DNA of 64,000 nucleotides from Candidatus Poribacteria bacterium (GTDB lineage Bacteria; Poribacteria; WGA-4E; WGA-3G): NCBI GenBank assembly GCA_965197475.1, contig CBDANF010000003.1, positions 1,280,001 to 1,344,000 of the forward strand, read 5' to 3'. Shown piece by piece: positions 10,566 to 19,295 of this stretch (position 1 is its first letter; each line of letters starts with the position of its first letter). The notes under the pieces were generated by a model. It saw only the letters and a program-made list of their open reading frames with translations, ran no database searches and was not told where the DNA came from. The position numbers and the translations under genes were made by a program.

Positions 10566-12188
10566 ATGAAAACAACATTTTGGACGACGTATCGGAATTG
10601 GGCGATTCTGCTTGCCTTTGCTTTTTTAGCAGTGGGTTGCGCCACAGTCACAACTATGAAGATTACCGATATATATGTCCCATCAAGTACCAAACACTTG
10701 GATAGACACATTGATGCTGTCTTAAAACAGGAAGGACTTGAACCTTCAAAACAGTCAAATGATGCCGAATTTCTAAGACGTATCTATTTAGATATGACAG
10801 GAAAAATTCCGACATCGGAAGAAGTGTTAGATTTTATCAACGACGGTTCGTCAAACAAACGTTCTAAAAAAATTGATGAACTTGTCGGGAGCAAAGAATC
10901 CATTAATTATTGGACGCTGTTATGGGTGAATTGGTTAATCGGGAGACGCGATGATGGAGATGACCGTCGCATCGGTTTAAACGGTTGGGTGCGCGAGGCA
11001 CTTGAGACTAACATGCCCTACAATCAGTTTGTCAAAGAACTTGTTGCTGCTGATGGAGAATTACAGGACAACCCAGCAGGCAACTATGTCCTGCGTTATG
11101 AAAGATCGCCTGTCTTCTTAACTTCTCACACGTCTCGGTTGTTCCTCGGTCTGCCGATGCAGTGTGCTGAATGCCACGATCACAAAACCGAAGCATGGTT
11201 ACAGGAGGATTTCTATGGTGTCGCTGCCTTCTTTACCGGTATTGAAAGTGAGGAAAAAGAAGAATTTCAAACCATAGATATGAACGGTGATCCGAAGATG
11301 ATGCAAAATTTCCTTATCAAAAATACGCCAAAACAGGAACGGACTATTTACGTCGAAAGCATGGATGAATCTGTTCCACCTCGTTACCTTGATGGAACGG
11401 AATACAAAGGCGAACTTATCAAAAAACGTGAGGCTCTTGCCGAATGGATGACCGCAAAAACGAACCCTTACTTTAGCAAAGCCATCGTAAATCGGATTTG
11501 GAAACACTTTATGGGACGCGCTTTTGTTGAACCTATTGATGGATTTGGGGAAGAATATCCCGCCACTAACCCTGCACTACTGGCGTGGTTAGCTGAGGAT
11601 TTCGTTATTCATGGGTATGACCTACAACATCTGATGCGGACTATCCTCAATTCTAAAACGTATCAGAGAAGTTCAGAGACAAATGAGAGTAACGAGGACG
11701 ATGAAATCTATTACTCACACGCTTATATGAAACCCTTGAGTGCAGAGCAATTCTTCTATTCTATGCTTCAAGCCACAGGTTTTGAAAGACTTCAAAAGCG
11801 GAAAGACCCTGATCAAGTTGATAGTATGAAACGGGAACACCTCAGACGATTCCTGTTCCTGCTTGATAATGGTGAGATGGAAGAGATTGAGGCGTTCAAC
11901 GGAACAGTACCACAAGCACTTATGATGATTAACGGGTCTCTCGTTAACAACAGCGCGAGTTACAAAGAACGCGGCAGCTTTATCAACTATGTGCTTGATA
12001 ATTGGCGAGACACGGTTGGTCGGGTTCAGTTTATCTATCTTACCGTGCTATCACGAAAACCAACAAGTAAAGAACAAACCTTTTTCCAGCGTTACTTAGA
12101 ACGCAGCCTATACAGAAACAAGGATTTAGCTTACGAAGACCTCTATTGGGTTCTACTCAATTCAGCAGAGTTTTCACTAAACCATTAG
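10566..12188 (+). CDS. DUF1549/DUF1553 (planctomycete-type) domain lipoprotein
   Basis: DAEFLRRIYLDMTG, QCAECHDH, VNRIWKHFMGR, YEDLYWVLLNSAEFSLNH. Confidence 0.88.
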   Translation: MKTTFWTTYRNWAILLAFAFLAVGCATVTTMKITDIYVPSSTKHLDRHIDAVLKQEGLEPSKQSNDAEFLRRIYLDMTGKIPTSEEVLDFINDGSSNKRSKKIDELVGSKESINYWTLLWVNWLIGRRDDGDDRRIGLNGWVREALETNMPYNQFVKELVAADGELQDNPAGNYVLRYERSPVFLTSHTSRLFLGLPMQCAECHDHKTEAWLQEDFYGVAAFFTGIESEEKEEFQTIDMNGDPKMMQNFLIKNTPKQERTIYVESMDESVPPRYLDGTEYKGELIKKREALAEWMTAKTNPYFSKAIVNRIWKHFMGRAFVEPIDGFGEEYPATNPALLAWLAEDFVIHGYDLQHLMRTILNSKTYQRSSETNESNEDDEIYYSHAYMKPLSAEQFFYSMLQATGFERLQKRKDPDQVDSMKREHLRRFLFLLDNGEMEEIEAFNGTVPQALMMINGSLVNNSASYKERGSFINYVLDNWRDTVGRVQFIYLTVLSRKPTSKEQTFFQRYLERSLYRNKDLAYEDLYWVLLNSAEFSLNH

Positions 12189-12225
12189 AAGCGGTAGGTG
12201 CAGCTTCCTAACCGCACCATATAAG

Positions 12226-12257
12226 AGAGGCGGTTCGTCAATCGGCGAACCGCCTCT
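12226..12257 (+). terminator. GC-rich hairpin after DUF1549/1553 gene
   Basis: agaggcggttcg-loop-cgaaccgcctct; followed by an A-tract rather than a T-tract. Confidence 0.45.
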
Positions 12258-12277
12258 GAAAAAAGGAGCATTGTCAA

Positions 12278-12446
12278 ATGAAAAGGTATGGAATGTTTAT
12301 CCTCTTGTGTTGTTTCACCTTCGGCATTGCAACGGCTGCGATGTCACAACTCTACTTTGAGGATAATTTTGATAACGCAAACAAATCTGAAAAGAAGTAG
12401 GTTCCCTTGTGGGGTACCTGGGAATTCAAAGATAAGGAATATCATC
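12278..12446 (+). pseudogene. 5' part of split exported beta-sandwich protein (continues at 14843)
   Basis: RBS aggag; MKRYGMFILLCCFTFGIATAAMSQLYFEDNFD...EKK*VPLWGTWEFKDKEYH; in-frame TAG at 12398-12400. Confidence 0.75.
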
Positions 12447-14842
12447 TTGTATCGGAATGTCCCATAAAAAAGAACGTTGTAGCGAGACAAGCGGAACTGC
12501 TACCTGATTGGAATGCTACTTCAATCACGGAACATCTTGTTGCGTTGAAATCACATCTTATTGAAAGGATTCGTAAATGAAGAAATGGACACACCGTACT
12601 ATTGTTATCGGACTACTGTTAATATGTAGTGTTACATTTGCACAAGAGAATGCCGAAGACTGGATGCCCGATCCTTCGCTACGCCACCAAATCAGGATGC
12701 GCTTGAGACTGCCTGATAACTTTCCACTCACAAAAATAGAACTCAAACGGCTTACATTTTTCGATGATCGGACTGGCGATATTCGTGATATTACCGGCTT
12801 AGAACATGCAACCTATCTTGAACATCTTGATCTTGAAAGTTGCGAAATACTTGATTTGAAACCTTTTGAGAAGTTAGCATCGCTTGAACATTTTCGGGTT
12901 TTAAAATTGGATGGAAACGATCCAAAATTAACAGATATTACGCCGCTCTCATCTCTAACTCAGCTCACATATTTAGATTTAGGTAAAAATTATATTTCGG
13001 ACATAACGCCCCTTGCGAATCTAACACAACTACAACATCTTGATTTAGGTAAAAATTATATTTCGGACATAACACCCCTTGCGAATCTAATACAGTTAGA
13101 GACATTGATTCTAACAAATAACATCCTTTTAGACTTTACGCCAGTTGAAAACCTACCGCTTCAAACATTTGAACATGACTGGATTTGTGATGTTCCCATG
13201 AAAGATGTTGCAAGCCGACTTGAAAGAAGAAGTTTTCCTGCAATTGTTCACGTGTGGCATATACGTGAGGCTGAAGGGTTAGACCATCCAAAAGTAGGTT
13301 TATTTTTTGGATCCTATCGGTATAAACTACGGAGAATCATCGAAACAAATATAATAGATTATATAGGACCAAGCGAAGAATCTGTTATGTCTCACTATGA
13401 ACAATTTCGGAGAAAAAACCCCGATGTAATTCAGCTCAGAGGCATGATATATAGAGAGGCTTGGCACACACAATTTCCAGAGGATTCACCTTACTGGTTA
13501 AGAGGTAAAAATGGTGAAAGATTAAGAAGTGTTCCGAGTGATCCTAATAATTTGTCCTATTACATTGACTTTACTAAACCCGAGACTATTGATTTTATTG
13601 TTCAACAAGCGGTAGCGGTCGCAAGATGTGGTTTATTTGATGGGGTCGTCTTTGATTGGTGGACAGATTACCATGCAATTCTAAAAGACAGATCGCGAGG
13701 TCGTATTCTAGTGCATAGTGTCCAAGTAGAACAAAATGCACGCGACGAAATCTTACGACGTATCCGTGCAGAGGTGCCAGAAGATTTTATTATTATCGGA
13801 AATGGAAATCGAGGGAAAAACATGCGCACCGCTTGGGCATGTAATGGTTCCACAATGGAACTTGGACTCGATTATCCTGGTGGATATACACATGGAGGGT
13901 TAGCTCAAATTGATGATGCGGTATTTTGGGTATCAGAAAGCATGCGTGAACCGCGCGTGAATGCTGTTCATTTTGATGGTATTGAATACGAACCTTGGGA
14001 TTCCCCCAACAATCAGCAGATGATGCGTGTTTGCTCAACGCTTGTCCTTACGATGTCTAATGCTTTTTTTAGTTATAGACCTGATAATCAACGCGATTTT
14101 AATTGGTATGATTTTTGGGATGCCGATCTCGGTAAACCGGTCGGAGAAAAAAGACAACGTTATAATAACATTGACGGTCTGTTTATCCGTGAATACACAA
14201 ACGGGTTCGTAGTCTATAATCGGAGTTACGCCGAACAAACGATTGACTTTTCAACTCCAATAAAGAGCGTTGCCAGTGGCAAGATCAGCTCACAACAGAT
14301 AGTTTCCGATTTAGACGGTGACATTTTCTTAAAAATAGACTTTGATCTAAATGACGATGGCGAAATCAATATACTTGATCTCGTTATTATCGCAAACGCC
14401 TTTGGAGAAGATGCTCCCGACATCAATGGTGATGGCATCGTTGATATTCGTGATCTTATATTGGTAGCAGGTGCATTGTAATGCAAGCAAACTATTTTGA
14501 AATAGGTGGAGGATATTCGGCAGGTCGTGATTTATTGTCTCCTCATTGGCGTCAACGGAACGTAGAAACAGGATTACTTCCATCAGAAGTTGTATCTTTA
14601 TTCGATAATGTTGAATATTTTGATGGATATTTCGTTGAACCGGTGCCACTTCAAGTTATTGATCTAATTAGGGATTTGAAACCTCACGACAATGCAACGG
14701 TCATCCAAGCAGCCATTGCCAATGAAATAGGTATACAACAGATGGGAATATCCCTAAATCAACGTATGGGAATGCTAATAGAGACAGCTTGGTCATATTA
14801 TGGTAAAGACGATGATTATTTCCATGTAGCGTGTTTGACATT
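12447..14842. other. 2396-bp inserted DNA fragment without mobility genes
   Basis: Removing it rejoins the host frame EYH-QLLNDSNCMSVV; carries a gene tail, one whole gene and a truncated gene head. Confidence 0.7.
12577..14481 (+). CDS. exported LRR + putative glycoside-hydrolase-like TIM barrel + dockerin-like protein
   Basis: Signal peptide; LTYLDLGKNYISDITPL repeats; YIDFT...LFDGVVFDWW; WDADLGKP; C-terminal DxNxDG pair. Confidence 0.8.
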   Translation: MKKWTHRTIVIGLLLICSVTFAQENAEDWMPDPSLRHQIRMRLRLPDNFPLTKIELKRLTFFDDRTGDIRDITGLEHATYLEHLDLESCEILDLKPFEKLASLEHFRVLKLDGNDPKLTDITPLSSLTQLTYLDLGKNYISDITPLANLTQLQHLDLGKNYISDITPLANLIQLETLILTNNILLDFTPVENLPLQTFEHDWICDVPMKDVASRLERRSFPAIVHVWHIREAEGLDHPKVGLFFGSYRYKLRRIIETNIIDYIGPSEESVMSHYEQFRRKNPDVIQLRGMIYREAWHTQFPEDSPYWLRGKNGERLRSVPSDPNNLSYYIDFTKPETIDFIVQQAVAVARCGLFDGVVFDWWTDYHAILKDRSRGRILVHSVQVEQNARDEILRRIRAEVPEDFIIIGNGNRGKNMRTAWACNGSTMELGLDYPGGYTHGGLAQIDDAVFWVSESMREPRVNAVHFDGIEYEPWDSPNNQQMMRVCSTLVLTMSNAFFSYRPDNQRDFNWYDFWDADLGKPVGEKRQRYNNIDGLFIREYTNGFVVYNRSYAEQTIDFSTPIKSVASGKISSQQIVSDLDGDIFLKIDFDLNDDGEINILDLVIIANAFGEDAPDINGDGIVDIRDLILVAGAL

Positions 14843-14855
14843 AACTCTTAAATGA
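14481..14855 (+). pseudogene. 3'-truncated FkbM-like methyltransferase
   Basis: YFEIGGG, GYFVEP, VIQAAI, VACLTL; ends at the insertion junction before the expected DxEG-type motif. Confidence 0.55.
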
Positions 14856-15393
14856 TTCCAATTGCATGAGTGTTGTTGCGGATGATTTTTGGGATGAGGA
14901 GTGGAATGAGTACACCTACGAGGTGCGCGGTAATAAAACCGATGGTGCTAAAGGGTTCCTGATTATGTTCCGGTGCCAAGGCCCGATGGAACCTCGGGGA
15001 AAAGCACTTAAAGAACATCCACCTCGCATGCAAGGTCAGGCACGGTTAGAATATTGGTGGAACCTCGGCGGTTGGGAAAATACCACTTCAAAAGTGGAGT
15101 CGTGGGGCGGTGTAGCAAGCCCGAACACCAACCACACTATTGCTACAGACGAATGGTATAGCATCAAAATTGTTAATACCCCTACCAGTTACACGCTTTA
15201 CCTTAACGATGAAAAAGTGGGTGAAACCATTAACGATGCCACAAGAGACGGTGTAGGCAGGGTCGGTGTCGCAACATGGGCTACCACTGCGATATATGAA
15301 GATGTAATGGTTTATGGTCCCGCTGGCCCTCTGCCAGTTAATCCAAAAGGAAAAGTCGCAACCACTTGGGGATTCCTCAAAGCTGGTAGATAA
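14843..15393 (+). pseudogene. 3' part of split exported protein (DUF1080/LamG-like) with TTWG tail
   Basis: WNEYTYEV, WYSIKIV, GRVGVATW...YEDVMVY, VNPKGKVATTWGFLK; in frame with the 5' part at 12278 after excision. Confidence 0.75.
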
Positions 15394-15409
15394 AGTTATT
15401 CTTTAAAAT

Positions 15410-15450
15410 GGGAGGCAGACCATTGTAAGGTGATTTGCCTCCTATTTTTG
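15410..15450 (+). terminator. intrinsic terminator
   Basis: ggaggcaga...tttgcctcc followed by tattttt. Confidence 0.6.
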
Positions 15451-15512
15451 TTGTGGGAGGGAATCAATGCCAAATGTGCGTATAGCATTCAGCGGGTTTT
15501 TAACCCAACTTT

Positions 15513-16217
15513 CTAAAAAGGCAAGCTGAGTTGCTGCGGCGTTGGTTCGGTTGGCAAAAGTTGTTTATTACCCGTTAGAAGTGCAAGGTAATAATCCTTA
15601 TCGTTAAATTTCTGTTCATCAATCAGTCCATTTTTGGATAACGAAACAAATGACGCAGCAGCGCGCGCTTGGCAATTCAACGAGCGATTTGGATTGAAGA
15701 CAATGTCTGAGAAACCTTGAAACACTTCAAGTTCTTGCATCAGATCTTTCTTTTTCTGATACAATGCAGTGATATATAACCAATCGTAAAAAGCCGTTTT
15801 AGGTTCAATAGGAAAATCTTCTCCGCAGAAGTTAAAAGTGATCAACTCTCCCGAATTTTGCAAACGCTCGTCTGTTTTCGCGGATCGGCTTGAAACCGAA
15901 TATAAATTGCGGTAAGGACCTCCATTTTCAAATACCTTACTTCCTTGATACGCACACTCCACACTCATTTTCTGACCACTTGGTGTTTCCAACGGTAGAT
16001 TAAAAGCACTCAACGATACCCCAAGCCGTGATGCCGATTTTCGCGATATTTCCAAAATCGGAGCGATTCCCTGCTTTTCGGCAGCGTCATGTAAAGATAA
16101 AATGGTTTTTTGCATCTGCGATTTTGCAAAACCGGGATGCCATTTGAATTCTATATCTACCGTTTCAACATACGGAAATCTGTTGAAATCAGGGGTAAAA
16201 ATGGGACGGTTTGCCAT
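15513..16217 (-). CDS. darG: DarT1-associated NADAR family antitoxin (DarG1)
   Basis: MANRPIF, FKWHPGFAKSQ, LEISRKS..LGVSLSAFNL, SVECAYQGSKVF, TAFYDWLY, FSDIVFNP..SLNCQAR; RBS ggag overlaps darT stop. Confidence 0.88.
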   Translation of the reverse strand: MANRPIFTPDFNRFPYVETVDIEFKWHPGFAKSQMQKTILSLHDAAEKQGIAPILEISRKSASRLGVSLSAFNLPLETPSGQKMSVECAYQGSKVFENGGPYRNLYSVSSRSAKTDERLQNSGELITFNFCGEDFPIEPKTAFYDWLYITALYQKKKDLMQELEVFQGFSDIVFNPNRSLNCQARAAASFVSLSKNGLIDEQKFNDKDYYLALLTGNKQLLPTEPTPQQLSLPF

Positions 16218-16228
16218 TGTTTTAACTC

Positions 16229-17095
16229 CTAAAAAGGTATATCACCGTCAAAATCATCAAGTTCCTCATCATTACCGTCACTGAGGTAAGAAAGAGGAAT
16301 ACCATCATCGTTAAATTTTTCAGGCCTCCATACTTCATAATCACATCTCGCATCAAAATACTTCCGATCAACGAAAAACTTATCAGAAAAAGTTCCAATA
16401 TAATTAGAACGCCATTGCTCCAAAATAGTTGCATTCCGAAAATGAATCGCGTTAATGTACTCCGTTGGAATCTGGTCAAAAACAAGAACCTCCGCTTGAG
16501 GGTGTGTCGGATAATTCTGAGGTATTTGCAAGTCTTGGTGCTTGATGCCGTAAAAATCTCCAAACAAATCTTTTAACGTTTCAGTTTTTTTCCTTTCATT
16601 CAATGGAATAGAACGGACAGCATTAGAGGCGGCATTTCGCTGGCAAAACGCGCAATCCAATTCCCATAACACCTTTGCATCAAGCAGTAGAACAACCCAT
16701 TGGGAATCGTTGACTTCTTCTGATTTCATCCCTTCTCTAATGCTATAGAACATTTGGTAGTTTGGAAAACTGATGCTCAAACAATTCGCTTCTGGGCACC
16801 GGTCGGCGCGATCAGCGTCATTCCACCAAAATTGTTGCCCGCGTTCATGCAAAATACTTCGTCCTAACAATCCTTCTTGTAGAATACTTTGAAGATTTTC
16901 GATCCGTGTAAAATGGCAAAGTGTTTCTATTCCGCGTTCCTCACAAAACTGTTGTATTTGGGATGCGCGCGTATCAAAAAATTCCAGTTCCTCTTCTACG
17001 AGGATAGTTTTGTCTTTCTCAGAAACGACATCCCACAGCAGAACTACTCCATCCCGACACCCACTGGCAAGGTGCAACCATCTGGAGAAAAACAT
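16229..17095 (-). CDS. darT: DarT DNA ADP-ribosyltransferase toxin domain (probable C-terminal part of a WD40-DarT fusion)
   Basis: LCHFTRIENLQSILQEGLL, NDxxRxD, CLSISFPNYQMF, FCQRNAA, catalytic HPQAEVLV; begins with half a WD40 repeat LASGCRDGVVLLWD. Confidence 0.88.
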   Translation of the reverse strand: MFFSRWLHLASGCRDGVVLLWDVVSEKDKTILVEEELEFFDTRASQIQQFCEERGIETLCHFTRIENLQSILQEGLLGRSILHERGQQFWWNDADRADRCPEANCLSISFPNYQMFYSIREGMKSEEVNDSQWVVLLLDAKVLWELDCAFCQRNAASNAVRSIPLNERKKTETLKDLFGDFYGIKHQDLQIPQNYPTHPQAEVLVFDQIPTEYINAIHFRNATILEQWRSNYIGTFSDKFFVDRKYFDARCDYEVWRPEKFNDDGIPLSYLSDGNDEELDDFDGDIPF

Positions 17096-17940
17096 AAACT
17101 GCTAATTGTTGCTGTATGTCCTCTGAAGGTATTCAACTGCTTGCCTGTAGCAAAATCCCATAAATCAATTTTGGAATCACTCCCTACACTAGTACTCGCT
17201 ATCGTGTAACCATCCTGACTGAAAGCTAGAATATTGACAACATCTTCTTCAGATACCGACAAATCTTTTAGCAACACATGCTTATTAGGATCCCGTAACT
17301 TCACACTGATAATATACTTCGTTGACTCATGGTCGTGAACAAAAATATGTCTATCTGTATTGAAAACTATTGATAGTAATGATTTTACTTTAGACACAAC
17401 AAATATGGCGCGCATGTGCCCATCTGTACTGAAATTCGCTGATAAAACATTGCTTCCATATCGTTGTGGAAGGAATTCGCGGAATGAACCCGTGGCTATA
17501 TCGTACAAGTTAATCTCGCCGGACCAACTGAAATCAGGAATATCAACATCTCTAAGGATATCTAAGGAAAACTCAAGGTTATCTAAGGAAATACCCGTAT
17601 TAACACAATGAATATTGGACACGCCATTAAAATTGGACATGCCATTTAACGTTCCTAAAAAATGACCGGTAGCAATATCCCATAAATGGATTGTACTGTC
17701 TGCTGGACTTATACCAGTTAGATTGCAACTATCCGGACTGAAAACCATAGAAGTAATATATCCTGTGTGTCCGGACAGCAAAGAAATTTCTTTACCTGTG
17801 GGCGCGTCGTAAAGCAAAATGCCAGTGTTACGAGCCACTGCCAATCGAGTACCATCTGGAGAAAACTGAATATCGTTGATTGCGTCTTTTCCGAGGCGGA
17901 CTTTTGCACCTTCGGGTAAATTCCCAGGGTTTGTTTTCAT
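17044..17940 (-). CDS. cytoplasmic WD40 repeat domain (probable N-terminal part of WD40-DarT fusion)
   Basis: LPEGAKVRLGK, FSPDG, GHT, LWD repeats; no signal peptide; last repeat broken by a frameshift at 17071-17072. Confidence 0.8.
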   Translation of the reverse strand: MKTNPGNLPEGAKVRLGKDAINDIQFSPDGTRLAVARNTGILLYDAPTGKEISLLSGHTGYITSMVFSPDSCNLTGISPADSTIHLWDIATGHFLGTLNGMSNFNGVSNIHCVNTGISLDNLEFSLDILRDVDIPDFSWSGEINLYDIATGSFREFLPQRYGSNVLSANFSTDGHMRAIFVVSKVKSLLSIVFNTDRHIFVHDHESTKYIISVKLRDPNKHVLLKDLSVSEEDVVNILAFSQDGYTIASTSVGSDSKIDLWDFATGKQLNTFRGHTATISSLCFSPDGCTLPVGVGME

Positions 17941-17999
17941 AGACTTATGACTTCTTTTGCCGCTTCAGAGACCGTATTTATAATGAAACGATGGATCTC

Positions 18000-18028
18000 A
18001 TTATACCAAATTGACTTTACAATCTCAA
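18000..18028 (-). promoter_or_regulatory. sigma70-type promoter of the WD40-darT-darG operon
   Basis: On - strand TTGAGA-17bp-TATAAT with TG before the -10 box. Confidence 0.55.
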
Positions 18029-18082
18029 ATAAAATCTGCCAAATATCATAAAGTCGGTGCTTGCAATAGCGAATCGGTTACA

Positions 18083-19129
18083 CTACCGATCCCCAACATG
18101 CTCACGGAAAGGTGGATTCACAGGCACTTCAGGTTCAGGACGTTGAGCCAACCACCACGCAAACACGACAACCAAACACGCAAGTACTATCGCGCTGAGT
18201 ACCATCGGCACACCCACCGTCTTTTCTCCATCAGTAACGCGTTCCGCTTGCTTATGTATCCTGAAAAGGGCGATCATTCCCGATACCAATGCAACTATAA
18301 ACAACACAAGATTTACCTGCCATGGGACTCGGAAAAGCAAGGCAATGAGCGAGACCACAGCAACTGTCAAACTCAGTAAGGCAAACGAGTTATATGGTGT
18401 TGTATCCGACTCTTCACTATCGGATAATTCGCTGTACTGACGTGGTGGCACAAGAATAGGCGCATCATCTTGATACGTCATCTCAATGAGTCGAATGAAT
18501 TCAGCTAAAAGTTTTCCCTGCTGAATCCACTCAAAAAGTTCAGGATATTCGTGTCGGAGCAGGATAAAAAACTCTTGACGTTGGGCACTATAATCTGTAA
18601 ACTCCTCCCAGTCGTTTTCTGCCACCGTGGTATAAGGTTCCGGACCAACGCGCAGTTCATACCCATGCCCAGCCACATAGACAACACTGCCGATACCTTC
18701 ACGTTGTGCCAGAATCGTCTCCCCAGAGTCGGTCGTCATCAATTGTTGATTATCCTCCGCAACAGCTGCCATGTCGCGTTGTTCGAGTGCCGCTGCTGTC
18801 TCTCCAGATCGTGATTCTATCTCGTTATTCGCAATGGCTACGTCAATACGGCTCACCAATTCAAGGGCAGTAACTTCATGCTCCGGTGCAACGAAAAGTG
18901 CGGTTTGGCGTTCCTGTTTTACTTGCACAGGACGACAGCGGATCTGTTGCGCGCCCAAAGTCGCTTGGATGAGTTTTATTTCCCATTCGTCGCGTGTGCG
19001 GTAAATTTCAACCCAGTCGGAAGTATCACCTATTTCCTCGTCGATGAACTCTGAAACCTGATCCAATCTGCCTTGGCTAACCTGTGCACCTTGCGATGGA
19101 GTAATTAGTTTTCTTCTTTCCTTATCCAT
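18083..19129 (-). CDS. hypothetical membrane protein with N-terminal DUF2007-like domain
   Basis: WVEIY...EIKLIQATL...I.C...LFV..E...ALEL; three C-terminal hydrophobic segments. Confidence 0.65.
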   Translation of the reverse strand: MDKERRKLITPSQGAQVSQGRLDQVSEFIDEEIGDTSDWVEIYRTRDEWEIKLIQATLGAQQIRCRPVQVKQERQTALFVAPEHEVTALELVSRIDVAIANNEIESRSGETAAALEQRDMAAVAEDNQQLMTTDSGETILAQREGIGSVVYVAGHGYELRVGPEPYTTVAENDWEEFTDYSAQRQEFFILLRHEYPELFEWIQQGKLLAEFIRLIEMTYQDDAPILVPPRQYSELSDSEESDTTPYNSFALLSLTVAVVSLIALLFRVPWQVNLVLFIVALVSGMIALFRIHKQAERVTDGEKTVGVPMVLSAIVLACLVVVFAWWLAQRPEPEVPVNPPFREHVGDR

Positions 19130-19295
19130 TACGATTCCTTTGTGCAAGTATTTACTTGCAAAAGCGTTCTATAGTAAATATATCCTGTAAGCGCGCTATT
19201 GATGGTATCTCAAATTATAGGTTTTGCTATAATTTGTGTGCGATTTCGTCCTAATTGTAGACAGTGTATGCCGAGTTATCAACATGTTATCAACA

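Noticed and set aside
17060-17095. Programmed ribosomal frameshift joining WD40 and DarT
   Set aside because: No X-XXY-YYZ slippery heptamer at the repeat break; a 1-nt deletion is simpler
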